Made by a program: the position numbers and the translations under genes
Part shown: piece after piece, positions 11,984 to 24,820 of the stretch
How the letters are laid out: each line of letters begins with the position of its first letter
Position numbering within the stretch: position 1 is the stretch's first letter
The notes under the pieces: generated by a model
What the model saw: the letters and a program-made list of their open reading frames with translations, nothing else
Told to the model about the DNA's origin: nothing
Database searches by the model: none
NCBI GenBank assembly: GCA_013265495.1
Contig: MU058065.1
Coordinates: forward strand, 7,626,302 to 7,690,301
Reading direction: 5' to 3'
DNA length: 64,000 nt
From: Vicugna vicugna
Taxonomy: Eukaryota

Positions 11984-12334
11984 ATTCTTCTACTAACTCT
12001 ATCATATCAAGAGAAAATGACTGGGCTTACTTTCACCAAATTCAGGGTGCACATTTGGAGTAGCCTGCTAAAATGGCCAAGCTATGGCCAGGAACATGAA
12101 ATTTGCTTTGGAAGGCCCTGGAGGGACTGGAAAATACTGGGCAGTCATCCTCAGATCATATCCAAGGGCTGCAAATCAATAGAGGGACTAAAAGAATATG
12201 AACAGAGAAAACACTATTTTCAAAGGTGAGTCCCCAAATAAAAAGACACAGCACGGATGTTGATTTACCCATTAGAATGACTTCTCACAGCCCTGAGAGG
12301 CATGTGTGCTTGTGTGTATGTGTGTGTGTTTGTA

Positions 12335-12470
12335 ATATTTACTGTCCACCATGTGGTAGGCATTATATAAAGTGTGTTATATAAATTATATTCAACAAGT
12401 ACCTAAGATAGTTATATTATTATCAGGCCTCTTTTATAGATGGGGAAAAAAGGGCCCAGGGAAGGTAATA
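12335..12470 (-). mobile_element. MIR SINE fragment
   Basis: tatttactgtccaccatgtggtaggcatt..ttttatagatggggaaa. Confidence 0.55.
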
Positions 12471-13499
12471 ATTATATAAATTTGGAGCAAGTTTTTTAAC
12501 TGGAAAGATAAAGTTTGAAATTCTAACTAATTTATGGTCACTTTTTGAAGTTTGTACTCAAAGAATCAACAAGATGATCCCATTATGCAACTCCTCCACA
12601 AGCCCACTGAAGACTGCCCAGGTGACACTGCTAACCAGTCCCTGTGTTGGCATCACAAGGATGCTTACTTGCTCTTATCTGTACCGTCTACTCAGCCAGG
12701 AACATTGGGCAGACACTGGGGCAGAAGCCTATCCTATCAGCTGTCATCTGACCTGTAGGGAGAAGCATTCCAAAGCCAAGGTAGAAGCAATTTTAGCAGG
12801 ATGTAAAGAGGAACTTTCCTCCCCAGAGGTTTGAGTGGCATCAGAATGGATAAACAAGAGAATCATATCATCTACTTTCCAGGGGAACTTTAAAAATAGC
12901 AGCAGCCTCTTACCATTGGAATGGTGGTGACAGTATATCTGGGCCACGCCTGTATGTGATGCCAAATCAGCCATTGTAATGCATCAGTGCAGGAGGTAAA
13001 TGCAGTTTGTGTCAATACTGAGCAAAGTCAAAGCAGTTTGACAATTGTCAGCTTGACGAGTAAATCTTGACAGCAAGCATCTTGCACATCAGTCTTAATC
13101 GCAGGGCTCTAATTGTTCGGGTTCATCGTCCAGCATGATCAAGCCAAATGTAATACTGCTGAGTTGCCGCTCCACATTGCCCCAGGCAGCGGAAAGAACT
13201 TGGCGCCATTGTACTCATTCATTCATTCATTAGGCATCTGTTACTTTCCAGACATGATGCTCTGCACTGGAGTCACAAGATCAGTAAGATGTGTCCCTCA
13301 TCATCATCATCATCAAGAAGCTCAAAGCCCATTGGTTTCGGTTCTGGTCCCAGCTGTAGGAGTAATAGCTTCATGCTCTGTTCAAATGACTTGACCTCTC
13401 TCTGGGCCTGACTCCTAATCTGTAACATGAGGAAAGAAGACAGAGCCCCTTGCCTGGGAAGGGCATCAGCTTACACATCTCTGTACTGGTGATGTCATC

Positions 13500-14180
13500 C
13501 ATTAAGCTAGTATTTGCCAGTATCTTCCATGTACCAGGCACTGTGTTTTGCAGAGATAATGTGACAAGGATGCCATCCCTTCCTTTGAGAAGCAGGAGGG
13601 AAGAACATTGAGGCTGAAGAATAAAATACCATGAGGTGCAATGCAGGTGCGGGTGTCAGGAAATAGGCTCCTTGGAGGAAAGCTTAGTGGGGCCCTAGAG
13701 ATTAAGGAGAAGTTAGTCAATAGATTGAGGGAATAGGAGAAGTAATTCCAGCAACACGGAGGATCAGGAGGCAACAGGGAGGATGTTTGTTTTAGAGAAT
13801 TATAATCAATCTAATGGGAATGGAAAGTAAGGTGGGAAGGGGCAGAGGGGAGGTAAGCAGAGGGTTGAGGGACAGAAGGAGAAGAGAGGGGAGGAGAGAG
13901 GAGAGAAGGAATGGGGAAGGGAGGGATGTGGAGGGGAGAGGGAAAAGAGAATATGGGAAATGGAAAGGGTTAAGAGGCAAAACAGAAGGAAAAAACAAGG
14001 ATCATATCATCAAGGACATTGTCCCCAATGCTTAGGATTTTGGACTTGAAATTGGGGCCATCAGAAGTCACAGAGGGTCTTAAGCAGCAGAATTCTGAGG
14101 TAGCAGGGGAGCTTTACAGTACATTATGCAGAAATATTGGAAGGTGGTTAGAGAGAGCAGGCCAGAGGTTGTTGGCTGAT
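13500..14180 (-). mobile_element. L2 LINE fragment with internal purine-rich tract (13830-13990)
   Basis: ccatgtaccaggcactgtgttt..gcttaggattttggacttgaaattggggccatcagaagtcacagagggtcttaagcag. Confidence 0.6.
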
Positions 14181-14869
14181 TTGTGGCTTAATGAAAAAGA
14201 TTTTCTTTCCTCCTCTCCTCCCCGCCCCTCATTTCTACCCTGCTCCTTTCCACTCCCCTGCCTCCCCTCCCTCTTCCCTCTTTTCTTCCTTTGGGTGTTG
14301 GGGAGGCCATAGACGCTTCACAGGCAGGAAGGAATGCAGTGCGGGTGCTCTATGGCTCTGAACCCAACAGAGGTGGTTTTGTGACTGTATAAGGAGCTGG
14401 TGACATCCATTCCTGCTGAAATTCCTCACTGTCAAGACCAAGCTCCAGCCCATAAGAAGGCAGGGACTGCCTGGAAGTGACTCATCATGGGTGGCACAGA
14501 TGATACCAGATTCTAAGAATCTAAACTATGTGGCTTAACTGAGCACCCTTGACTATTAAGCTGTTTCTCTTCTTTCCTTGTGCGGTTTTGGCCCAGGGGA
14601 AGGTGCCAGGTTTAGTCATATTCATCCTCAAATCCTGTAAATAGTTGTGCAGGGCCCTGAGAGCCCCCGCAGCCTTGTGACTCTAACAAAAAGGCTTGAG
14701 CTAAAAACACGGTCAAGGTATTTTCAACACAAGGCAAGTAGAACCAAGGGGGTAACTAAACACCAGAGGCTTTAGTTGAATAAATAAGGGGATCTCATTA
14801 TATAATTCCCCCATATAAATAAGAAAATTTAGCGCCAAATGATTGAAAAACAAGTACAGGAGGACTGAG

Positions 14870-15125
14870 TCTCAGCATGAAGTCATGGTTAAGAGTGAAG
14901 GACTTGGAGCCAGGATACCTGGGCTGGAATTCCACTTGCACCACTATGAGCTGCACAACCGGGGCAAGTTAGGTCAGCGCTCCATGACTCAGTTTCCTCA
15001 TCTGTAAAATGGGGATAATAATAGTACCAACCTCATTGGGCTGCTGTGAGAATTAAATGAGTTAATACTTGTACTTGAAAACAGCTCCTGGGACATAACA
15101 AGTGTTACAGAATTGTCTGTTAAAT
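14870..15125 (+). mobile_element. MIR SINE, near full length
   Basis: ggttaagagtg..ctcagtttcctcatctgtaaaatggggataataatagtacc..tgtgagaattaaatgagttaata. Confidence 0.9.
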
Positions 15126-18100
15126 AAAAATGAAGAAAATCGCCATTCCCTTAGCAAATAAATTGGGCAGGGGTTCCTGAAGGGGAGGATGAAGGGTTCA
15201 ATGAAATCTTTTAGGTTCTGGGGACCTGAAAATTGAGAACAACTGGTGCCCAAAGAGACATATTAATAGTGATCCAAGAGGCAGAGTTTGATGTTGTCTC
15301 TCCATTATGTCTTTGTTATAAAGAATCTGAACAAAGAATAAAATAAAGAAGGAAACTTTTAAATTTCAGGCTGAAATTAAATCTATTTGGGTTAGCAAAT
15401 AGAGAGTGAAATTTCTGAAAGTAAGCTTGAGGGGGAAAAAGTGTAAGAGACCCAGGGCTGGGTAGTTAAGAGAAGAGAAAAGCGGAATGAAAGTAACTCT
15501 GCACCCCCATGTAACCCCATGCAGACAAACAACTTCATTCAGTCAGAGGGTAAGTCAGCCCCTGCACCCAACTTTCAGAGCATAAGACTCTCTCCTAAGC
15601 TTAACTCAACCCAGCCAGTGTCTCTCTGGCTTAGGACCTCCATGTGGCTGCAGGGAGATGGGTAAGTCCACATGGTCCTCTTGGTTCCACTCTGTTGTTC
15701 TTCCTGAGCAAGACTGGTACCCTGGCTGAGTCCCCTGAGATCCGGTGCTAGGCCTGGACAGCAGGAAACGCAAGTTCTGGGTTCAGCTTTGCTGGCTACT
15801 GGAATAGTACGTCTTGCCTAGCCACTCTTCTCTTTGCCTGAGCATTTCCTCTTTGCTTCAGGATTCTTGGATCCCTCTTTATACCAGTGCTATTTGGGAC
15901 CCACAGTCTTTGGTCTTTTCTTGAGAAACCAGGGGGACAGCTGCAAGTTTTCAGTCATTAGTTCTCCTTTCAACGTTGTCCATGTTATTGAATAGCCTGT
16001 TTCAGGCGTCCTTGACACCCCGCCCAAAGCTATTTGCATGACTAATAGAGGTAGATGTCCATCGAGGGAGAGGGTGGAGGAGAGGAAAAAATTAAAAAAT
16101 CAGCCCCAACCCCATACACACCTGGTGGTTCCACCACTCACACACAGACACACACAAACACACACTCTCTTCCCTCATTTTCTGGGTGTGAAAACTCGGG
16201 CAGGTGCATGTCACTATCATTAGACTTGGTTTACTGATCTGCAGAGTGGGCAAAAATATTTTCTGATCTAAACACAGTTTCTTAGATGAGTATAGTGATA
16301 AATTAATTGCTAATCAATAATTGAATAGCACTTGCTACTTTATGAGTGCTAATCATGTCTAGGAACAATTACGCAGCCCACCACAGAGGAAGATATAACA
16401 GTTGGTTTAGTGAATGACTGTGTGAGGACCGGAAAATTTAGGGCTTAACATATCAAATTTTCTATCCAGTCCACGGAAAAGAGCTCCTGGCATCGTTTAT
16501 CCCAACTACTCAGTTCATGGTTGATGTACAACATGTGATAATGGCAAATAAATGGCAAGATTCTGACCTCCACCTTGTATCAATCACCGGCTTGAAGAGA
16601 CATTAGGCAGATATTTTATTTTGCTTTTGCTCTTCTTTATCTCTGAATTACACACACATATACACACACATACTATTTCTCATTTCAAAGGATACTCTGG
16701 GAATTTTGGAGAGAAATATGCGTACCAAAAATGGAAGGCTCTAAAATGAGTAAATAGCTTATATTAAAATCTCAATTAAAAAAACAAAATTCCAGATAAA
16801 ATTCCAAATGAAGCCCCATGATTGGTGGGCTGTACATCAAATAAAAGTATTCCTGATAGTAACGATTATTATATACCAAAATGAGTAACTGAAAGAAGCT
16901 AAGGATTCATTTTAAAAGCTTTTAAATTATTTTTAAACAGTTTTTTTCCCCTCACAGTTCTGTAATGAGGAGGATTTCATCCTGTCTGGAGGTTAGGAGA
17001 TGGATGACTTAAACTCTCAAAGTCTTTTAAACTTGAATTTAATTTTCTTATGTTTCTGTAAGCATCAAAACTGAAAGCAGGGTATATCTGCCATAAATGG
17101 GACTAAAAATAGAGTAAAGATGCCTTTGCTTATTTTGAGAAATAAATGAGAATAAAGATTTTTACATAAATCTTAGTATAATACCTGCTACATGGGTGCA
17201 TTCAGTAAATATTAGTCTTTAATAACCATGATGGTGATGATAAAACTATACTTTTATACCCCTTGTGCAGGATTTTTTTTTATGCAGAGCAAGTTAGAGC
17301 AGGTGCTAAGAGTTAAGAATGTGTTATTAAATGAGTTCCCAAGAAACTTTCTTACAGATAATCCCATCTTCCTGAACTTCAACTAAAAGCCCCAAGGAAA
17401 ATCAGGAGCCAAAATTTCTCCTACAGCAGAGTCAGTCATCATCAGTCTATAAAATTAAACTATTGACTTAAAACAGTGATAGGCATTATGGTCAGTCTGT
17501 GAGCTGATTCATTAGATTTTTTCCCCATCTTAGGACATAATTTTAGTTATATAATATAGAAACACAAAAACAAGAAGAAAACCAGAGAGGTCAAGGAGGA
17601 GAAGGAGGGAAACCTAACTTGAAATGCTCATCTGTTAAGACAAAAAAGTCATCATTGTTCTTAAAACCAGTCTATGGCAGGGATAAGAGATGTGAGAAAG
17701 GAGAAGGGAATTGAAGCTTTAGGTGCAAAAAATATTTGTATAAAGGATTAGGTGAGAGATACTGGAAAGGCAAAAACCTACTAGCTCAGGGCTTGCTAAG
17801 AAATAGATTGGAGGGGTTTAAGAAACTGTAATAGAGGTAGCAAACTAAGACTCATAGGCTGAGTTGAACAGCTGTTATGGTTAATCCCCACTTAAAATTT
17901 TAACTTGAGTTTGTTTTTAACAACTGATAATTGGAATAATTCACATCAGATTCTGGATTCTGGGTTTCTTTTGAAAAGCCAAAAGCTGAAGTGTAGTAGG
18001 GTCTACTCTTCATAAAAGCAAATATCTCTTTCCATATGTGCTTCCCAGCTTGCTATGGCTCGAATTCTATCTGGATTACGTGTAGCTGGGCTCATTCCTT

Positions 18101-18364
18101 TCAATGGTCTACCTGTCCTCTGTACACACTGGTGTTTGCAGCCCTCAGTTAAAAGGCACTGAGAGCATGGGACAAGACCTCAAGGGTTGTCTATTTATAT
18201 ATGTTAAATAGATGAGATTTCCAAGTAATTTAGGCAACAATGGTTCAAAAGTATCTAGTCTTAGGGGCCTGAGGGCAGTCAACATGTATTTTTATCTTTG
18301 TTTTCCAGGACTTTGTAACTCATTGTGGTTTGTGGATATTTGCTTTTTAAAATAAGTAAAGTAT

Positions 18365-20558
18365 ATGGACATTGCCAAACTGATTCTAAAGTTTATATGG
18401 AGAAGCAAAAGATTCAGAATAGACAGCACAATATTGGACAAGAAGAACAAAGTTGGAGGATTGACATTACCCAAATTCAAGACTTACTATAAAGTCATAG
18501 CAATCAAGACAGCACGTTTTTGGTGCTAGGATAGACAAATAGATAAATGGAACAGAATAGAGAGCCTAGAAATTGACCCACATAAATACAGTCAATTGAC
18601 CTTGACAAAAGAGCAAAGTCAATACTATGGAGAAAAGATCATCTTTTCCACAAATGGTGCGGAAACAACTAGACATCCACATGCAAAATAAACAAACAAA
18701 AAAGAAAATGGACAGTGATCTTACATTCTTTACAAAAATTAACTCAAAATAGGCCATAGGCATAAATATAAAGAAAAAAAAACTGTAAAACTCCTAGAAT
18801 ATAAGAGAAAACCTAGATGACCTTGGGTGTGGTGGTGATTTGTTTAGATATAATACCACAGGCATGGTTCGTAGAAAAAATAATTGATAAACTGGACTTA
18901 ATTAAAATTTAAAACTTTTTCTGTGTGCAAAATATTGTCAAGAGAATGAGAAGACAAACACAGGATGGGAGAAAATATTTGCAAAAAATATCTGATAAAT
19001 GACTTTTTTCCAAAATATACAAAAAAACTTGTAAAACTCAAAAGTAATAACATGAACAACCAAATTAAAAAATGGACAAAAATGTGAACAGACAATTCAT
19101 CAAACAAGCCATGTAAATGGCTAATAAGCATATGATAAGATGCATAATAGGAAAGAACAAATCTGACTCCATATTTGATTTTTTCCCTTTAACTTTTTCT
19201 ATTCTATTGCTTTTGCTAAAAGTTTTAAATGTTGCCTATAGTGATATACAGGATAGCCCATTCTCAAGGCTCAGATCTTTAAAGATATAACACTTTGCCA
19301 TCCAAACAGAGATAAAAAGTTGCAGAACAGAGAATAACATTGTTGGATGTCTACAGGAACATGTGACCTGACCTACATGAACAGCTGCAAAAACAAAGGA
19401 TTCCAACAGGAGGGAGTTTTCAAAAACCAACCACATCCCCTCCCCTTTTACTATAGAAGAATCCTGAATCTTAATTCAAGTGAGGTGGTTCTTTGGGACA
19501 CTAGTCTATCATCTTTTCAGTCTGCTGGCTTTCCAAATAAAGTCATCATTCCTTGCTCCAACAACTCATCTCTTGATTTGTTGGTGTGTTACACGTGAGC
19601 AGCACAAGCTTGGACTCGGTAACAGATGTTCAACATTGTATGTCATTAGGGAACTGAAAATTAAAGTTATAATGAAATACCACTCCACACTTATTAGAAT
19701 ATCCAAAATCCTGAGCACTGACAACATCAAATGCTGGTAAGGATATGGAGCAACAGACGCTCTCATTCCTTGCTGGTAAGAGTGCAAAATGGTACAGCCA
19801 CTTTTGAAGATAGTTTGGAAGTTTCTTACAAAACTAAACATATTCTTACCATATGATCCAGCAATCATGCTCCTTGTGTTCTACCCCCAAAAAGGTGAAA
19901 ACTTGTGTCCACACAAAAACTTGTGTACTGATGATTGTAGCAGCTTTATTTACGATAACCCAAATTGGGAAGCAACGAGGGTGTCCTTCAGCAGGTAAAT
20001 GGACAAACTGTGGTATATTCCAGACAATGGAATATTATTCAGTATTACTCAAAAAGAAATGAGCTATCAAGCCATAAAAAGACATGAAGGAGCCATAAAT
20101 GCATATTACTAAGTGAAATTAGTCAATCTGAAAAGAATACATCCTGTATAATTTTAACTATATGACGTTATGAAAAAAGAAAAACTATGGAGACAGTGGT
20201 TGCCAGTGTGGAGGGGAGTAGAGAGGAATGAACAGGTGGAGCACAGAGAATTTTTAGAGCAATGAAACTATTCTGCATGATGCTGTAATGGTGAATACGT
20301 GTCATTATACATTTGTCCACACTTATAGAATACACAACACTAATGTGTAATGTAAACTATAGATTTAGTTGATAATGATGTGTCAACATAGGATCATCAA
20401 TTGTAACAAACGTTCCACTCTGGTAAGGGATGTTGATGGTGGGGAAGGTTGTGTTTGTGGTGGGAGCGGGGTAGGGAATATGTGGGACCTCTCTGTATAT
20501 TCCACTCAATTTTGCCATGAGCCTAAAACTGCTCTAAAAATAAAGCTATTTTTTAAGT
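18365..20558 (+). mobile_element. L1MC1-like LINE (ORF2 3' part and 3'UTR), interrupted by a solo LTR
   Basis: Decayed ORF2 (VQPLLKIVWKFLTKLNIFLPYDPAI) and 3'UTR ending gagcctaaaactgctctaaaaataaag. Confidence 0.9.
19143..19624 (+). mobile_element. ERV1-class solo LTR (MER34/MER41-like laurasiatherian family)
   Basis: Ends ttggactcggtaaca, has an internal AATAAA, and has a 4-bp TSD gatg (19139-19142 and 19625-19628). The host L1 reads through if the LTR is removed. Confidence 0.85.
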
Positions 20559-20864
20559 GAATAACTAAACGCAAAATTTTGCTAAATATCATAGTGGGTA
20601 GAAAAAAGGGGATTAAGCAAGGGTATTCCTGCTCTCAAAGAATTTGTAATGGAATTTCAAAGACAAAATGTCCATAAAGAAGGCTAATATATAACAGTAT
20701 GTGATCAGGTAAGATAATTTCACTGAAATTATTTTCTACATTAGCTCCCTTGGAGTAGAAATCTCAACACTCAGCACATAGAAGATGCTCAGCGGAAATC
20801 TAGAGTGAACAGAAGTTCTTTGGTTAAGTATTAACTTTAGAACTGACTTTAACTCTTATAATGT

Positions 20865-21080
20865 CCAATTGCCTGGCTTAGACCCCCAGGTCTGCCAGCA
20901 CCACTCTGAGCTACCTTAAGCCTATAACTTAACCAATTCACACATCAGTTTCTCCATCTGCAATGAGACTATTAATAGTACTTCCCTTATAGGTGGACAG
21001 TGAGGATTTCCTGGGAGAACCTGGGTAAAGCCCTTAGCACAGTGCCTGGCATCTACTAGCAGCCCACAAATAGAAGTTCT
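20865..21080 (+). mobile_element. MIR SINE
   Basis: tcagtttctccatctgcaatgag..gtaaagcccttagcacagtgcctggca. Confidence 0.8.
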
Positions 21081-21138
21081 GTGTGTTCATCATTAGGGCA
21101 GAGGAGTAATCTGGTATATGATAGGCATCACTCAACAA

Positions 21139-23490
21139 CAGGCACACCTCGTTTCACTTTATTGTGCTTCCCAGACAGTTGCATTCTTTTTTATAAGTTG
21201 AACACTTGTGGCAACCCTGCATTGTATGAGTTTATCAAACGCCAGTGACATATTTCCATGGCATTTGTTTACTTTGTTTCTCTGTGTCACATTTTGGTAA
21301 TTCTCCCAATATTTCTAATATTTTCATTATTATTACATTTTTATGGTGGTCTGTGATACGTTATTCTTGATATTACTATTGTAATTGTTTTGGGCACCAT
21401 AAACTGTGCACATATAAGACAGTGAACTTAATGGATAAATGTTGTGTGTGTTCTGACTGCTCCAGCAACTGGCTGATCTGCACCCCCATATCTCTCTCTT
21501 TCCTTGAACCTCTATTCTCTGAGACATAATAATATTGAAGTTAAGCCAGTTAATAACCTTACAGTGGCCCCTAAGTGTTCAAATAAAAGGAAGAATTGCA
21601 TGTTTCTCACTTTAAATCAAAAGCTAGAAATGATTAAGCCAAGATAGGATGAAAGCTAGGCCTCTTGGGCCAAATAATTAGCCAAGTTGTGAATACAAAG
21701 AAAAAGTTCTTGAAGGAAATTAAAAGTGCTATGCCAGTGAACACACAAATTTTAAGTGAATCAGCCTGATTCTTGATATGGAGAAAGTTTTAGTGGCCTG
21801 GATAGAAGATCAAACCAGCCACAACATTCCCTTAAACCAAAGCTTAACCTAGAGCAAGGTCCTAACTCTCTTCAATTCTAGAAAGGCTGAGAGAGGTGAG
21901 GAAAATGTGAAAGAAAAGTTTGACACTAACAGGATTGGTTCATGAGGTTTAAGAAGCCATCTCCATAATGTAAAAGTGCAAAGTGAAGCCACAAGTGCTG
22001 ATACAGAACCTGCAGCAAGTTATCCAGAAGATCTAGTTCAGTCAATTTATAAAGGCAGCTACACTGAACAACGAATTTTCAGTGTAGGGAAACAGCCTTA
22101 TATTGAGAGAAGAAGTCATATAGTACTTTCATAGCTAGAGAGGCGAAGTCAGTACCTGGTTTTAAAGTTTCAAATGACAGGCTGACTCTCTTCTTAGGGA
22201 CTAATGCAGCTGGAGACTTGAAGCCAATGCTCATTTATCATTCTGAAAATGCTAGCACCCTTAAGAATTATGCTAAATCTGACTGTGCTCCACAAATGGA
22301 ACAACAAAGACTGGATGACAGCACATCTGTTTACAACATAGTTTACTAAATATTTTAAGCCCACTGTTGAGACCCACTGCTTAGAAAAAAAAACAGAGAA
22401 AAAAAAAAAAAGGACTTCTTTTAAAATATTACAACTCCTTGACAAGGCACCTGGTCACCCAAGAGCTCTGATGGAGACGTCCAGTGAGATTTATTTTGTT
22501 TTCATGCCTGCCAGCATAACAGCCATTCTGCAGCCCACGGATCAAGGAGTAATCTCTACTCTCAAGCTTCATTATTAAGAAATACATAGACAGTGATTCC
22601 TCTGATGGATCTGGGCAAAGTAAATTGAAAACCTTCTGGACAGGATTCACCATTCTAGATGCCATTAAGAACATTCATGATTCATGGGAAGAGGTCAAAA
22701 TATCAACATGACAGGAGTTTGGAAGAAGTTGATTCCAACCTTCATGAACAACTTTGAGGGGTTCTAAACTTCAGTGGAGTAAGTAACTGCAGATGTGGTA
22801 GAAATAGCAAAAGAACTAGAATTAGAGGTGGAGCTTGAAGATTTGACTGAATTGCTGCAATTTCATAAAACTTTCACGGATGAGGAGCTGCTTCTTATGG
22901 ATGTGCAAAGAAAGTGGTTTCTTGAGGGAGAATCTGCTCCTAGTGAAGATGCTGTGAAGTTTATTGAAATTACATCGAAGGATTTAGAATTTCATATAAA
23001 CTTAATTCATTAAGCAGTGGAAGAGTTTGAGAAGACTGACTTCAAGTTTGAAAGAAGTTCTACTGTGGGGAAAATGCTATTGAACAGCATTGCACGTTAC
23101 AGAGAAATTTTTCATGAAAGGAAGGATCAATTGAGGTGGCCGAATTCATTGTTGTCTTATCTTAAGAAATTTCCACAGCCACCCCAACTTTCAGCAAACA
23201 CTACTCTGCTCAGTTAATATCCATCAACATCCAGCTAAGATCCTCCACCAGCAAAAAGATTATAACTCACTGAAGGCTCAGATGAAATGGTGGTTAGCAT
23301 TTTTTAGCAATAGAGTATTTTAAAATTAAGATATGTACCTATTTTTTAGATATAATGCTATTGCACACTTAGTAGACTACAGTATAGTATAAACATAATT
23401 TTATATTCACTGGGAAACCAAAAACTCCATGTGATTCACTTTATTGCGGTGGTCTGGAACTGAATCAGCAATATCTATGAGGTATGCCTG
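21139..23490 (+). mobile_element. Tigger1 (TcMar-Tigger) DNA transposon, near full length, transposase inactivated
   Basis: Terminal inverted repeats caggcacacctc and gaggtatgcctg. Transposase remnants include LTLNQKLEMIK (~21607) and ORFs 22795-23013 ([20 protein letters not shown]) and 23017-23217 ([11 protein letters not shown]). Confidence 0.95.
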
Positions 23491-23524
23491 TGTATTATTT
23501 TCCTGATTTTTCTGAAAAGTAACC

Positions 23525-23710
23525 TAGTGCTGTGCTACCAAAGTATGGTCCTCAGACAGGCAGCAGAAACATCATTTGACAGAAATGCAGATCCTCAGGC
23601 CTTACCCTGCACCTACTGAATCAAAATGTCTAAGGGTGGGGCCTAGGAATCATTGTTTTAATAGGCTTTCCAGGCGATTCTGATGCACACCAGAGTTTGA
23701 CCAGCACTGA
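23525..23710. mobile_element. MER5A hAT-Charlie MITE
   Basis: agaaatgcagatcctcaggcc..cctactgaatca..gggtggggcctaggaatc..tccaggcgattctgatgcacacc. Confidence 0.85.
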
Positions 23711-23732
23711 TTGAGTGAGATCCAGTCTCATG

Positions 23733-23733
<1 letters not shown>

Positions 23734-23774
<41 letters not shown>
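23734..23774 (+). repeat. (CA)n microsatellite
   Basis: Read directly from the sequence. Confidence 0.97.
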
Positions 23775-23775
<1 letters not shown>

Positions 23776-23979
23776 TTAGCATACCCAAATTCAACTCTAA
23801 GTTCTAGGCAACAAAAAATAAAATAAATGTTACCTTATTTTCTTCTTGAAATTAGAATCCAGCTTCCATTTCCCTGGAAAAGAATGGCTCTCTAAATACA
23901 AAGGAAAATAAAATAATTTAATTTTTGGCTTTTGAGTATCCATGGGCTTAGGTTTTGTTGATTTAAGAATCACTTAAGG

Positions 23980-24410
23980 AATCCATCAACTGATAAGTAG
24001 ATATACAAAATATGGTATATTCATACAATGGAATATTATTCAACCATAAAAGGAATGAAGTTTCGATACATAGCACAACATAAATGAAACTTGAAGACAT
24101 TTTGCTAAGTGAAAGAAGCCATTCACAGAAGGCCACATATTCTATGACTCCATCTATATTAAATTGTCAGAATAGGTCAACTTACAGAGATAGAAAATGG
24201 ATTAGTGGTAGTCTAAGGCTGGGGTGTGGTTGGGGGAAATTGAGGAGTGACTGCTAATGGTTATAGGGTTTCTTTTTGGAGAGATGAAACTACTCTAAAA
24301 TTCACTGTTATGATTATTCCATGACTCTGAATATACTAAAAACCATTGAATTGCACACTTTAAATGGTGAATTGTACAGTGTGTGAATTGTATCTTGATA
24401 CAGGTATTGC
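23980..24410 (+). mobile_element. L1MB-type 3' end
   Basis: tccatcaactgataag..catacaatggaatattattca..gactgctaatggttatagggtttctttttggagagatgaaa..ctttaaatggtgaattg. Confidence 0.85.
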
Positions 24411-24654
24411 CAAATAGAGTGATTTAAAGAAATTCAAGGCTAGTTCTAACTAAATTCAGTTTTTGCCTGAAGAATTGTCTTTAGAACTTAATCTCTGCCC
24501 CTTTACCCAGTAGCACATGACTCTACCATATAGGCTCATTGTAAAAGAACTAAATATGGAAGCCATCTTAAAAATTCTCCACTACATCAACCATTACAGC
24601 ATTTTAAAATATTGGATCATAGATTACTAGGGAAAGAAGCTTCAAAAATGATCT

Positions 24655-24820
24655 AAACTAATTATTTTCAAACTTTTTTTTTAAAATGCAACACTCTTCA
24701 ATGAAATTCTTACAGAAGTCCATATGGAACTGTTCTGGTAAAGCAGGAAGGGTGGTCTCTGCACCTTACTCCCCTGGCAGCCTCTGAGGAAAGATCCATG
24801 GAGCAAAGTTTGAAAGTAAT
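24655..24820. mobile_element. hAT-Charlie MITE (MER103-like) within a MIR3-like remnant
   Basis: ttttcaaactttttt..gaaattcttacagaag..gcagcctctgagg..ccatggagcaaagtttgaaa. Confidence 0.55.

Noticed and set aside
22795..23217. TIGD1-like protein ORFs
   Set aside because: They are fragments of a disrupted Tigger1 transposase between intact TIRs, not a domesticated gene.
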